From Folioceros fuciformis (taxonomy: Eukaryota), in the NCBI GenBank assembly GCA_049999805.1, contig JBNGIO010006161.1, forward strand, positions 124,001 through 168,527: a stretch of 44,527 nt of DNA, given 5' to 3'. The notes under the pieces were generated by a model. It searched no databases. It had not been told where the DNA came from and saw only the letters and a program-made list of their open reading frames with translations. Positions 11,801-23,072 of the stretch are shown here, piece after piece; position 1 is the first letter of the stretch; each line of letters begins with the position of its first letter. The position numbers were made by a program, and so were the translations under genes.

Positions 11801-13628
11801 GTTCCTGATATCGTTCCTTCGTGTCCTGATCTTGCTAGACTTTCCATCAATTGCAGTTGCTGCTGATATCTGATTTCTTGCATCGCAATTCCTTCCTGCA
11901 GTTGCATATCTGTTTTCCAGCATACTTTGCACTTGATCCTGCTGTGTTGTGCCGCTTTTGTTGATTGACGCTTCCACGAGTCAGCATGATTTGCAGTTGT
12001 TCTCATATGGTTTCCTTAGTCAGCTTTCTTGATTGTCAGTTCCTCAATCCTTGAAGCGTCCGCTGCAAGTCCTGGTTGACTGAGGATACGATTCCCCAGC
12101 TGACCAAGCCGTTCTTCCTGCCTCGTCTTTCATTCAGGTGATTTTGCGCAATCGCCTCGTCTCGAAGCTTGGAATTTTCCCGGAGCAGTATAAGAACAAG
12201 CGCAACCTCATCTCCATGCTCGTGGACGGCATCGAAATCCTGGTGGAGTGCAAAGGAGAGGTTGGGGAGTATGTGGACGTGCTGGTGCGATCGAGCAAGT
12301 CCCCGATCCAAACCATGGACTTCGTGAGGGAGCACGTGGTGCGGGAGCTGCACGCATTCTGCCCGAGGGCCTGCCCGGGTGTCGAGCTGGTGGAAGGGAT
12401 ACTGCGTCCCGAGTGTGTGAAGAACCTCACTCTTTGCGCGCACAGGGAGCAGCAGGCCGTGCTGGTAGAGAGCCTCAAGGCGGAGCTCATGCACCAGCTT
12501 ATGGACGAGGACATCTTGTACAGGGACCACGAGGAGATCTTCTCCCTGGCAGCGTCCCTGGAGCACGAGCATTCCTTCCCGGAGGAGCCGCAGGCGAACC
12601 TTCCGGAGGGGAGCCACCGCGCGGTGGATCTGCTGGGAGCCAGGGATTTAATGAAGGCCATCGACAGGAAGCTCCAGATTCTGTCGCAGCAGCGACTGCA
12701 CATCGAGGAGGCTGCCGATGAGGTTATGCTCCGCAGCATACAGAACAATCTGGATCCCAAGCTGCTAAGCCGAATCAGCCTGAGCGAGCGGCAGCTCCGG
12801 CTGCTGCGTCGGGTGGAAAGCAGCAGCAGGGGCCAGTATTCTCGCAGGAGCATGGACGCGGGAGTGCAACGTCACTCCTTCGGGGATCTGGAGGTCATGG
12901 TGGAGAATTTCCTCAGGGTTACGAAGCAGCTGGACCAAGCCACGGCCGCCATGGACGAGCAGAAGGTTTTGATGAAAGCCATCCTGCCAGAGGTGAAGGG
13001 GATCCAGTCCCTGCAGGAAGACATGCTTCGCACATTGATGCACAGGATGGACGATGTCATGGGATTCTCAGCGCAGTTCCACCAGCGGAAGATGCCCCGC
13101 CTGCCCTTCTTTACCGACAGCGATGTCGGCATGCTACAGCGCTTCTCCGCCGTGATGCGGGTGGGAAAATCCGTCCGCTTGCACTTCATGTGCGAGGAGC
13201 GCAGTGGAAAGCACTATGTGGAGAAGCAGGAGGGGTGCGAGATGACCTTGGAGGATGGCAAGTGGAGGCGGCTGCGGCCCATCGCCATGGGCGCAGCAAA
13301 GCTTCTCTACATCATGCTGCGCGCAGGGCTGCCCACCGTGCCCCTCCCGCTTCCCGTGCTGGGGGCCTCCAGCAGCATGGCCATGGACACTCTCCTGCAC
13401 GACATCCGCGCCAACGAGCTCGCCTGCATCACGCCCGCCGATTTCAGCGACGCCTGGCTCTGTTTGCAGGATTTTCTGCGCCCCCGCATGGACCTCATCT
13501 CCAGCCTCTTCGAACTGTACCACATCCGCTACACCCGCGGCGAGCCCCGCGAGGTCGCCTGGGTGTGTACTGCCTGCCGCCAGAAAGGCCTCAACAAGGA
13601 CATCCTCGAAGACTACTGGCCGCACTAG
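8864..13628 (+). CDS. TRN1-like: TORNADO1-like Roco protein (RI-like LRRs + Roc GTPase + COR + TRN1 C-terminus), 1404 aa, 3 exons
   Basis: Exons 8864-10259, 10359-11686 and 12138-13628 total 4215 nt, in frame. LRRs include LHYLDVSGNRKLGDGGAKSLAQVL. After splicing the P-loop reads GSGMAGKST, G3 is WDMPGQ and G4 is SHLD. COR motifs: YLHDVG, NPNWL, KLELCYE, FFVPSAL. TRN1-specific motifs: YIGRRLQC..LTAGFFPRFQV, QRKMP..LHFMCE..HYVEKQEGC and terminal AWVCTAC. Confidence 0.9.
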
Positions 13629-13989
13629 GTGTAGTTAATGCAGAGTCAGATAGATTTTTTATGTAAATCGTCACACATTTGAGAGTTTAATGTACATTCG
13701 TAACGTTTGATGCAGGCATCTTTCTGGACAGTAAATAATGCAAGAAAGAAACAGGATGCGGGTCGCAAGATTGTTGCAGCCAGTCTTGGGAAGATGCTAG
13801 CGGTAGAGTGAAAACCGCGACAGGAGGGATGGACTAATCCATCTTGGCAATGGCAGCGTCCGCCCAGTGGAGCGGAGGGATGGGTGCATACTTTTTTGGC
13901 AGCAGGAGTGTCCGCACTGGTTTCGGGGTGGCCTTCACTGTAGCAGGGGGACACATGGAGGCAGAGCAGTCTCTGTTGTAAACAGAAGC

Positions 13990-15220
13990 CTGTGATTCTG
14001 TTGTTGAGACTCTGACAGTGTTGGATTTCATGGAGGTTGGAACTGTTTTTGTTCCACTTGCCGTGTCCATCCAGAGGCAGCAGACGGGTCGAGCCGTGGC
14101 CAAGCGGTGCGGGATGGAAACATGTGGTTATCCCTGAAGGCGTCAGGATTTTGGTCCTTGATTTTGTTGTCAAGACTCTGAAACAGTTGGAGTCCTTGGA
14201 GGTTAATTATCATCTGTTCATTCCACTTGTCTTGGAATGGTTGCTTGCATGATGATTGTGGCCGGCCCTTTGGACGAAATTGGTGGCTGTTGCTGCTGCT
14301 CAAGGCTACGGGGAATTTCCCAAGCTGTTTACTGGCTACACCAAGGCGGAATTGGCGTGTGTGGATGAAATGTCAGTGTATGCACTCCACGCTGGAAGCC
14401 AAGTTCAGCAGACTACCTCAGGATATGTCGCCAACATTGTGCACGTCCCCTGTATCACTAAGGGCTGCGCCGGGACTGAGGTAGCGCATCCTCAACCTGT
14501 GGCTTGACGGAAACCCTAAGTGGAAGGGAATGAGGTTCTGTCGCGTGGAGGATGGCTTGAGTAAGCTCTCGTCACCGAGTTCTTAGCAAGTGAGCCCTGC
14601 TACTCGTGGAGAGGATCGGAAGCTTGGAGGATTGCTTGACGCAGGTTTTGTCATCAAGTTTTTCAGAGGCGACATAATTGGTGTTGCGGGAAAGGTTCAG
14701 ACATGAGCGCGTGGGAGGTTGGAACCTGATTGAGGGCATTCGTGGAGTGTCTTGTGTAATGGAGAGTTTATTGTGAAAAGCAGCTGGGGAAAACCAACTT
14801 CTCCACACATGCAGACACGGAGGAGACAGAACCAGGCAGAGGTGAGTTCTCGTGGTCTTCAATTTTCATGGTCTTGAGGAGAAACGGGTTATGGAGTGTG
14901 ATTTTTCATCTTCAAATTACGGATAAGTGGTTTGGATCCTGCTCTGGAGGTCTGAAGTATCACGCTATGGAGTCGTGGGCTCCTGGAGGTTGCATCACTA
15001 ACATTTGCTTGTCGTGGAATTGTATCAAGGTTGGATGTGGAGTTACGCTTCTTCCAAGTCACCTCACGAAGAGATCAGGTCTATCTTGGTACGACCAGCA
15101 AGTAAATTTTTAGAGAAAGCATTCGTTCTGTATCATCTGTGGTCGGTATCCTGCCGGAAAGCCAGTATGCGGATCCACGAGTTGCAACAAGCAGCAGTTT
15201 CCTTGCCAGCCCCAGGCTAA
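13990..15220 (-). pseudogene. Possible heavily degraded plant LRR (RLK/RLP-type) remnant
   Basis: Scattered minus-strand fragments: GNCCLLQLVDP[frameshift]YWLSGRIPT (~15145-15200), CLNLSRN (~14685), NLQGLQLFQSLDNKI and NLHEIQHCQSLNNRITG. The last two are related ~45-bp segments at ~14160-14205 and ~13993-14038. There is no continuous ORF. Confidence 0.3.
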
Positions 15221-16250
15221 AGCGCACGCGGAGCTGGTGGTGGGCCTGCTGCAAGCACAGGAGGAAGCTGCTCTGCCTCGCCAAGTATTTGCCGCGTCAG
15301 CAGTCTTCGTCATCAAGACACCATTTGCTTCAGGAGGAGAGAACGAAGACCAGCCAGCAAACAAGAAAAACGGCTACCCAAACCTCGTGGTGTGACTGGC
15401 GATGAGGTGGTACGAGGAGTCTTGAGACGCGGATGCCATGAACGGGCAAACCCCAACGTCCTGAGACGTCTCTGTCGTGGTCAAAATATACGGCGTGCTG
15501 GACCTTTCGATCAGGGGTCGGCTGAAAGAACCAGGCGGAGCTGCTGGTGTGTCAAGACCGAACATCGCTACGGAAGGCTGCTTCTCAAGATTTCGCACTC
15601 AGTCTTGACTCCTAGTCTGTACTGTGCTCATCATGCTCTGACGGAAGAAGAAGAGATGGGACTGGACCGCTGCCCCATATTGCTCTTGATCACTTAGGTG
15701 TTTGACATTGCCGGAAGCTTCCGGCCTTGGGTGGTATGCTGGTACGGTATTACTGCCACTGCCACTACCACCGGCACTGGAGTGTGTGCGGGCCATTCTT
15801 GTGTGGGACCGGTGGGCAGTGGCGTACACAACGATACAACAATATCCCAGAGCATTTCAGTGCCCACAGCCAATTGGGATGCAACCCAGAAGCAATCGCT
15901 GGGCCAGGCTAGTGCGATGATGTTCTTAAGAGCGTGCTTCGCGTGAGTGAAGCAACGCGCGTCATCACACTTGACGCTTGACCTGGAGGATAAACAAGAG
16001 CTGGAAACTAGGAGAAGGGGCGAGGCTTTCGGGCCAGATGAAACGTTGCGTATAGTAAGTACAGTAGCCTGTTATCTGTGAGCTGCTGTTCCGTGCTGCG
16101 CAGTTACCAGCTGGCTCCTTTCCTTTCCATTCCCGACGCAGGTCTGTGGCTAAAAGTGGCGGCCTTCTTTATTTTATCTGGCTTATCCCGGACTGAGGAG
16201 CTGCTATTCTTTCCTTCCTGGATCGCCCCTGCGAAGCTCGTCTGTGTCCT

Positions 16251-16277
16251 GAGCCAGAGCTAAAGCCGGAGCCGGAG

Positions 16278-16314
<37 letters not shown>

Positions 16315-16316
16315 CA
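16251..16316. repeat. (GAGCCA)n hexanucleotide microsatellite upstream of the lipase gene
   Basis: About 11 units of GAGCCA/GAGCCG, with slight variants. Confidence 0.9.
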
Positions 16317-16691
16317 GATCGTGTTGGGGTCAGAATCGAGGCGGGGATGTGGGTGGCCGATGCCGCTTCTGGATCTGCAGGTCTTCTGGGCTGAGAATTG
16401 CAGGGATCGGGTGAAGGGACTCGGTAGCGGCGCTGCGGCACCGCAGCCCAAGGACTGAAGCTTGGTTTTGTGGCAAGATTCCCTTCGCTGACGGGCCCGG
16501 AGCCCCAGGACTGCCACTGGTTTCTGGGTTACTCGCTCCTTTTGGATCTCGGGCTTTGCTGTGCAGTATAGGTGAGTGTTGGTGCGATTGATGATTTTAT
16601 CAGAATTCCTTGGTGCGCATCTAATCTGCCTGACCGTTTCTTCATGGTTGTGGACAGCCGTCTTTGCGGCTCAGTCTTAGTGGTACGCGCA

Positions 16692-18486
16692 ATGGCTCGG
16701 CGCTTCAAGTATGAAACTGTAAGTGGGCTGCGTGGCGAATTCTGTGGGTGAAGGCTGATTGGTAGCTCGTGGGTTGCAACGGGGGCATGATCCTGTTTCT
16801 GCTGGGTGTCGCTGCTGGGGTCGCAGGAATTCATCGTCAACGCCCGGGGCGTGGAGCAGTTCACCTGCAGGTGGCTGCCTGTGGACCAGGAGATGAAGGC
16901 ATTGATCTTCCTCTGCCATGGTGAGCGGCAATGGTTTTACACGGAAGGAAGCATGTTGCTCGCTCTCCCGGGCCCGACAACACGCTTGATTGGTGGAGCA
17001 CTTTGCTGATGCGCGATACGTTTTCTTGTCGTATGCAGGGTACGCTATGGAATGTGGCATCTTCATGAAAGGTGCATGCTTGGTACCCGTGTCGCATGTC
17101 AGGACTGCACGTCTTTCGTTTTCTGAGCTCAGGGATGAACGCATCCGAACGCTGTTACCAACAACGTGGCTCGTCGTGCGCGTGCGTTGCAGGGACGGGA
17201 GAGAGGCTGGCTGAATCAGGGTACGCTGTGTTCGGAATCGATTATGAAGGCCATGGCAATTCGAAAGGGCTGCACGGACTCATTAGCAGCTTCAATGACG
17301 TCGTTTCTGACTGTGTGGCGTACTTCAAGAGCGTACGAGGTGTGTGAAGTTCTCATGCTGTCTCAGTCTGTGCAATGGCTGCGTGTTTGCCCGTCTGTCT
17401 GGCTGTCTCTGTCTGTGCACTTGAGGTGCCCTCGTCTCAACTTCGTCCATGTGCCCTCGTGCAGAAAGGGAAGAGTACAGGACCAAAGCCAGGTTTCTGT
17501 TGGGCGAATCTATGGGTGGTGCCGTATCTCTGCTCATCCACAGGAAGGAGCCAACCGAGTGGAATGGAGCTGTTCTTCTGGCGCCCATGTGTAAGGTGCG
17601 CTCCTGCAACCCGGTGCCTTTGCTGCACTCAGTCATGGTAACAGTGGCAGTACCTCATCATTCTGAAAAGGGGATTTGTTTGTACAGATTTCCGACAAGC
17701 TAAAACCACCGAAGTTGGTTGTGAATATCCTTGTGAAACTGGCGCCCATGTTTCCCACCTGGAAGGCTGTCCCAGCTAAAGACATCTTCGACAGCGCCTA
17801 CAAAGACCCCGTGAAGAGGAAAGAGGCGAGCCGGTTTGGTTTGAATTGGGTCCTTTATGCTGCTCATATTTCTTGACATCCCATTAGGGTTGTGTGGATG
17901 CGGTTGAGGACACTCACTCAACCCCATTACTGGCGCAGATAAGGGCAAATCCTCTAGCGTACCAGGGCAGGCCCCGCCTCAAAAGTGCCTTGGAGATGTA
18001 CCAGGCGAGCATGGATCTGGCCGGGCGACTTGATGAGGTGCGTGTCCCTGTGTCTCTGTATGTACAGTCTCTGTTCTGTTCTTCGCATCACGCGCGCGCC
18101 TCCCTGCTTTGTGTGTGTTTGTACCTACGCACGTCTTCATACGCGTCATGTTGCTCCAGGTTACTTTCCCCTTCCTGGTGTTGCACGGGGAGGCCGATGT
18201 GGTGACGGATCCTGAAGTGAGCCAGGAGCTCTACGAGAAATCCAAGAGCTGCGATAAGACTATGAAGAAGTACCCCGGAATGTGGCATGGGCTTACTACA
18301 GGAGAGCCGGATGAGAATGTGGAGCTCGTGTTTGGGGACATCATCCATTGGTTGGAGGAGCGTAGCCCGGTAGGGAGTGTTACTGGTAGCCCCATCAGGC
18401 AGTCCGATCTGAGGGGGTTGCATGATACATCTGAACCCGGGTTTGAGGAGGAAAAGCAGAAGGCGACAGTGAAGTCTGCTGCATAA
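16692..18486 (+). CDS. Monoacylglycerol lipase / caffeoyl-shikimate esterase-like alpha/beta hydrolase (Hydrolase_4), 8 exons
   Basis: Exons 16692-16718, 16827-16920, 17039-17071, 17193-17339, 17465-17595, 17688-17825, 17939-18037 and 18160-18486. Motifs: EFIVNARG..FTCRWLP, LIFLCHGY, GIDYEGHG.S.G, nucleophile GESMGG, LHGEADVVTD (Asp) and YPGMWHGL (His). Intron 17826-17938 is GC-AG. Confidence 0.93.
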
Positions 18487-19362
18487 CACGTCAGGGCTGC
18501 TACCTACCACCAATTTTTTTGTATAGCGCGCTGCATGACGAAGCCTTGCAGGAACAGGGTTACGTCATGGCAACACATGAATGGGCCCTTCTTAAGAAGA
18601 AGACGGACCGTCACAGAATCCTACAAGGCAGACTATAGCGTGAGTACACTGTGTTGGTTTCGTGTTAGTGTAAAAGCGAAGCTGGAAACAAGTCGTTGGC
18701 CCACCCGCCAGCGCCCTGTACGTAGACCACAAGGAAGGGAAAATGCCCCAGTGAAAGTCAGGCTTTTGTGAATTGGCAGTCAACCGTGGTGACTACTTTG
18801 TGCAGAAGATACCTTGCTGCAGCTTGGCACTACTGGAGCAATTGCCCGTCAACTGTGGTACCTGCTTTTTGTTGAAAAATCCTTGGTGCAGTATTGCCAG
18901 GTTGTGGGGAATAAAGAACTTTCCCACCACTGTGATGACAATAATTCGTTGTAGCAGGCGTGCGAGGAAAGGCCAGGCTTTTGGAAATTGTGGACTTCTC
19001 CGTCAACTGTGGTCACAGCTGTTTGTTGAAGATACCATGCCCTCTCAAGATTATGGTGAACACAAAACACGTGATTACGCGGGCTGCCCACCACAGCTAG
19101 AAGGCTACATCCAAATTAAAGAAGGCTACATCTAAATTAGCGAACCGGACAGCTCCCTAACTTGTTATGTCATGCTTTCGAATAACTGTTTCCTATCGTA
19201 TCATAATAGAACAACGCAACTAGTATACCTCTAACTACTCCTGAAGAGCTGTACCACCCACCTCCAAGGGCTCCGCACGAGCTACACCCAGGCAGACGGT
19301 AGCATGCAAAATCTTTCTACTAGCGGATCACAGCCCCACCTCCATACTGTAATCCGGTGCAT

Positions 19363-21888
19363 TCACTCCAGCACCCGGCTGAGATCAACAAGTTTTGACT
19401 GTACACGTTGAATTTCAGAATGATTCGAATCTCCAGCCACAAATACATGAATTGCATCATTGTGTTCTACCCAGCTCAACCCAGGAACCTTCCAAGGAGA
19501 TACGGTCCGTCGCATATGTTCTATCTTGCTTGCATCGTCCAACATATGAGCCTGGACGTAAATGCTTGTCATCATTACATATGGTGCACCTAGTGTTGGT
19601 TCCAACTCTACAGCGCCCTCGAATGCGCGGCTTCCGAGAGCTACATTGTTGTGTTTTTGGCATGCACCAAGAAGAGATAACCAAAACGCCAGATTGGGCT
19701 TGACAGGCATTTGTGAGAGTATTTCTCCCACCTTATCAAAGAGCCCTGCACGGCCAAGAAGATCGACCAGACTCACGTAATGTTCAATCGTCCAGGGGAT
19801 GCCATGATCCCTGCTCATGCTCTCAAACACCTGAAGGCCCTCTTCAACCAACCCTGCATGGCTGCATGCTCCCAAGACAGATAAGAAAGTGACACTATCT
19901 GGGTCAACTCCAGACTGCAGCATCTGCCTGAAGCATTGCAAGCTTGTTAAACCCTCGCCTTGCTGTGCGTATGCTGCGATCAATGCAGTCCAACAGTAGA
20001 CATCACGATGCACCAAGGCATCAAATACATCCTGAGCGTGCACCAAGCTTCCACACTTGCCGTACGCATGAATAAGGGTAGTTGCCAAGCTTGTGGTGAC
20101 CTTCACATCACTTTCAAGGATCTCGTGGTGAATTTGACAACATGTTTTAAGTGCTCCGATCTGACTGGTGGCTTTCAGGATGCTGAGAAAGGTCGCTTCG
20201 TTTGGTATGACTCCGAGCCTTCGCATGTCTGCATACAGGCGCAGAGCCTGTTCGCCCTGTTCCTGCTCAGTGTAACCTGCAATCATGACTGTCCAACTGA
20301 CGATATCACGCTGAGGTAATTGGTCGAATACATGTTCTGCGTCCACCATGCTGCCACATTTAGCATACAGGTCAACCAGAGTAGCACCGAGAAACACATC
20401 GGGCTCAAGGCCACATTGCAGAATTTCACAATGGATAGCCTTTCCCTTCTGCAGGCACCCGATGCTAACTGAGTGCTTGTCCACAACCATGACGCCATCC
20501 GAGGCTACCTTGCCTCCACATGCTTTCAGCACACTAACGAAGGATCGACAATTTGCCTTCACACCTTTCCTCTGCATCACACTAAAAAGTTGCAGTGCCA
20601 TGTCAGTTTGACCTTGCAGGACATAACCTGCTAAGAGCGCATTCCATGTCACCACAGTGCGGTGAGACAGGGTGTCGAACACCTGTTGAGCATCAACCAA
20701 GCTTCCGCATCTACTATACATGTCAATCAGAGTGTTACCAACAAATACATTTGAATCAAAGCCCTCCAAAGAAGCTTCGAAATTAACCCTTTTCCCCCTT
20801 TGCAGACATCCCACTCTCACATGCTGCCCATCCACCAACTCGGGTAGCTCCTTCGCCGCAAGGCTTGCAGTAGCTTTCAGCACGCTGACAAACGTCCGAT
20901 CGTTCGGCCTCTCTCCTGTCACTTGCATCTGGGCGAAGAGCTGCAAAGCCTCCTCACCCTGGTTTTGCTGGGCATATCCCGAAATCATAGCGTTCCATGA
21001 AACTACGTCACGCTCAGGCAATGTGTCAAACGCAAAGCGTGCATCTGCCATGCTACCACATCTTGCATACATCCCGAGCAAAGAAGTGGCCACAAACACA
21101 TCAGACTCGAATCGAAATCTCACAACATCAGCATGAATCCTCTTGCCCTGTTCCACGTCCCCTAAGCAAGCACAGGCTTTCAGTAGACATACAAAGGTGA
21201 ATTTGTTGGGAGCTACGTCCCTCTCTTGCATTAGATTGTACATTACGAGCGCATCCCGTTCTTGTCCAACCTTACAAAACCCTGAGATTATGGCTGTCCA
21301 AGACCGAGCTGTGGTGTCGGGCAGCAGCCAAAAGACCTCCAAAGCATCTGAAAGACTCCCACAGTTGACGAGCATGTCGACAACCAAGTTCCCCAGATAG
21401 CTCTCAGTCAGAAGAAGCCCATTGCTGGCCAGTAAGGCCTGAACCCGTTTGCCCTCAACCAAGGCCCTCCTTTTCGTGCACTCTTGTATAAGGCACGCAT
21501 ACGTTTGCAACGAAGTTACACTGTCCAGCGGCTCCAAAGGCTGCAGAGCATTCAATGCCTCCAGCAGACGTCCATCCCGGCACAATCTCCCAATCTCCTC
21601 CCATGGTCCCAATTCTGCTGGCGAGCGCTGTGACTTGCCACCGTTCAGACATGGGCGAGAGGTTGGTGTTCTGCAATGGTCACAATGCCTAGTTCTGGCT
21701 GAGATGCCCTCAGGGGACGGCTTAGAAAGTCCTGAATTCTGCTTCTGAACAAACGGCCCAAATTCAAAAGCCGCACACGTTAGGGTTCCGTGGTTGTAGA
21801 CCGGGTCATGCACGCAGGGACCTGATAAAGCAATCCTCCACCCCAGAACAGGGTTGCTACATTTTGCAAACCCCCAAGCCGAAAGCAT
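19363..21888 (-). CDS. PLS-class pentatricopeptide repeat protein, E+ type (no DYW domain); organellar RNA-editing factor family
   Basis: Intronless ORF with first ATG at 21888. It has repeated P-L-S triplets (VVSWNAMISGYAQ, FVSVLKAC, VFVGNTLIDMYSRCGSL), then P2-L2-S2, E1 (FWLSLLGACQKH), E2 and a PG box (KVPGLSWVE..HVFVAGD.NH), followed by a stop. Confidence 0.92.
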   Translation of the reverse strand: MLSAWGFAKCSNPVLGWRIALSGPCVHDPVYNHGTLTCAAFEFGPFVQKQNSGLSKPSPEGISARTRHCDHCRTPTSRPCLNGGKSQRSPAELGPWEEIGRLCRDGRLLEALNALQPLEPLDSVTSLQTYACLIQECTKRRALVEGKRVQALLASNGLLLTESYLGNLVVDMLVNCGSLSDALEVFWLLPDTTARSWTAIISGFCKVGQERDALVMYNLMQERDVAPNKFTFVCLLKACACLGDVEQGKRIHADVVRFRFESDVFVATSLLGMYARCGSMADARFAFDTLPERDVVSWNAMISGYAQQNQGEEALQLFAQMQVTGERPNDRTFVSVLKATASLAAKELPELVDGQHVRVGCLQRGKRVNFEASLEGFDSNVFVGNTLIDMYSRCGSLVDAQQVFDTLSHRTVVTWNALLAGYVLQGQTDMALQLFSVMQRKGVKANCRSFVSVLKACGGKVASDGVMVVDKHSVSIGCLQKGKAIHCEILQCGLEPDVFLGATLVDLYAKCGSMVDAEHVFDQLPQRDIVSWTVMIAGYTEQEQGEQALRLYADMRRLGVIPNEATFLSILKATSQIGALKTCCQIHHEILESDVKVTTSLATTLIHAYGKCGSLVHAQDVFDALVHRDVYCWTALIAAYAQQGEGLTSLQCFRQMLQSGVDPDSVTFLSVLGACSHAGLVEEGLQVFESMSRDHGIPWTIEHYVSLVDLLGRAGLFDKVGEILSQMPVKPNLAFWLSLLGACQKHNNVALGSRAFEGAVELEPTLGAPYVMMTSIYVQAHMLDDASKIEHMRRTVSPWKVPGLSWVEHNDAIHVFVAGDSNHSEIQRVQSKLVDLSRVLE

Positions 21889-23072
21889 GACAACCAAGTC
21901 TTTCTTCTGGCACGCGAAGACCACTGCTTGTCATGCCCAGGTTCAAAGATTGAGCACATCCTTCCGTCTCGTGGGAGGAAAAATGCTAGAGGATATGAAA
22001 GGAAATCTCAGACAGCCTTGGAGAATCATGTCTCAAACATGAAGGGTGGCTGAAATTTAGCAGGGTGACACAGCAATGGATGAAATGACGACCTGAAGAA
22101 CTTCTTCAGACCTCGGACACAAGATTGCACACTCGAACAATCTCAGCGCTCAGGTTCTTTCAAACATGATCGCAATCGAAGCAACAGGCCCGTCCAATGT
22201 TGAACTTCAGGACGTGAGTCCAGAGTTCAAGGAGGAAATTTCCTACTACGCATCCCACTGCCGCAGCATCCCGTCTGGCCTAGACTAAACCTCGCCATTA
22301 TCCAGGCGTGCTTCGAGCCACCATGGCAGGAGTTAGCAGACTTTATCATGAGTAGATGCAAATGCAGCAGGATACAGATGCCAGATTACCTCCAGTAAGA
22401 AACTCTGTCTAGGGTTACCTCTTAAGGTGAAGCCCGAGTCCCGAGACACGCACTACGTACTACTTTCCGCTACTCACTTCTGGCCGGGAAGTTTTTTCTT
22501 TGCTGCAAACAGAAAGTTTTTGGTGTGTTGGAAAGCAAGCTTTTCCAATCGCACTTTATCCTTCCATGCAGGACGATCCAGCGAGAGGGCACCCGGACAA
22601 AGGGTGTAGTTGGCTATGTGGTGGCTGCATGGAGGGTGGGGTTTCCGCTTCGCCTTGGTCTCCTCGACCGACGACATGGTGACCAATTCTCTAAAAGTCG
22701 GGAGAACAGACTCAGCAAAGAACCACAGGTTGCCGATGTATAGGGGTTTGGATTGATGGAGGGATGCGACTGTTAGAACTTGTGCCGCTTGGATAGTAAC
22801 AGTCCGTTAATTGGGTTAGAAAGGACGCTGGTGATGACAGTACATCGAGTGTGGCAGTGAAGACCTGCACTGGCATACCAGCATTGACAGGGAAGGGCGC
22901 AATGCCAGAAATTGGGGCTAGAATAGTGGATCATTTGGACTAGTTGCTGCATCAGCAACAAATGCTCAAACCAGTGCACTGGACCCGACCTTTCCTCATG
23001 GGCACCAGCACTGAAGGCACTACCATACTTGTCGGTACTCTGACAATGCAAGCCGTTAGTAACAAGTTGCGG

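Noticed and set aside
9037-13666. Many overlapping alternative-frame and antisense ORFs
   Set aside because: Expected by-product of high GC3 in the TRN1-like CDS.
19260-19362. Possible frameshifted DYW continuation after the PPR-E+ stop (AGVNAPDYS)
   Set aside because: No HxE or CxxC motif follows, so the similarity is too weak.
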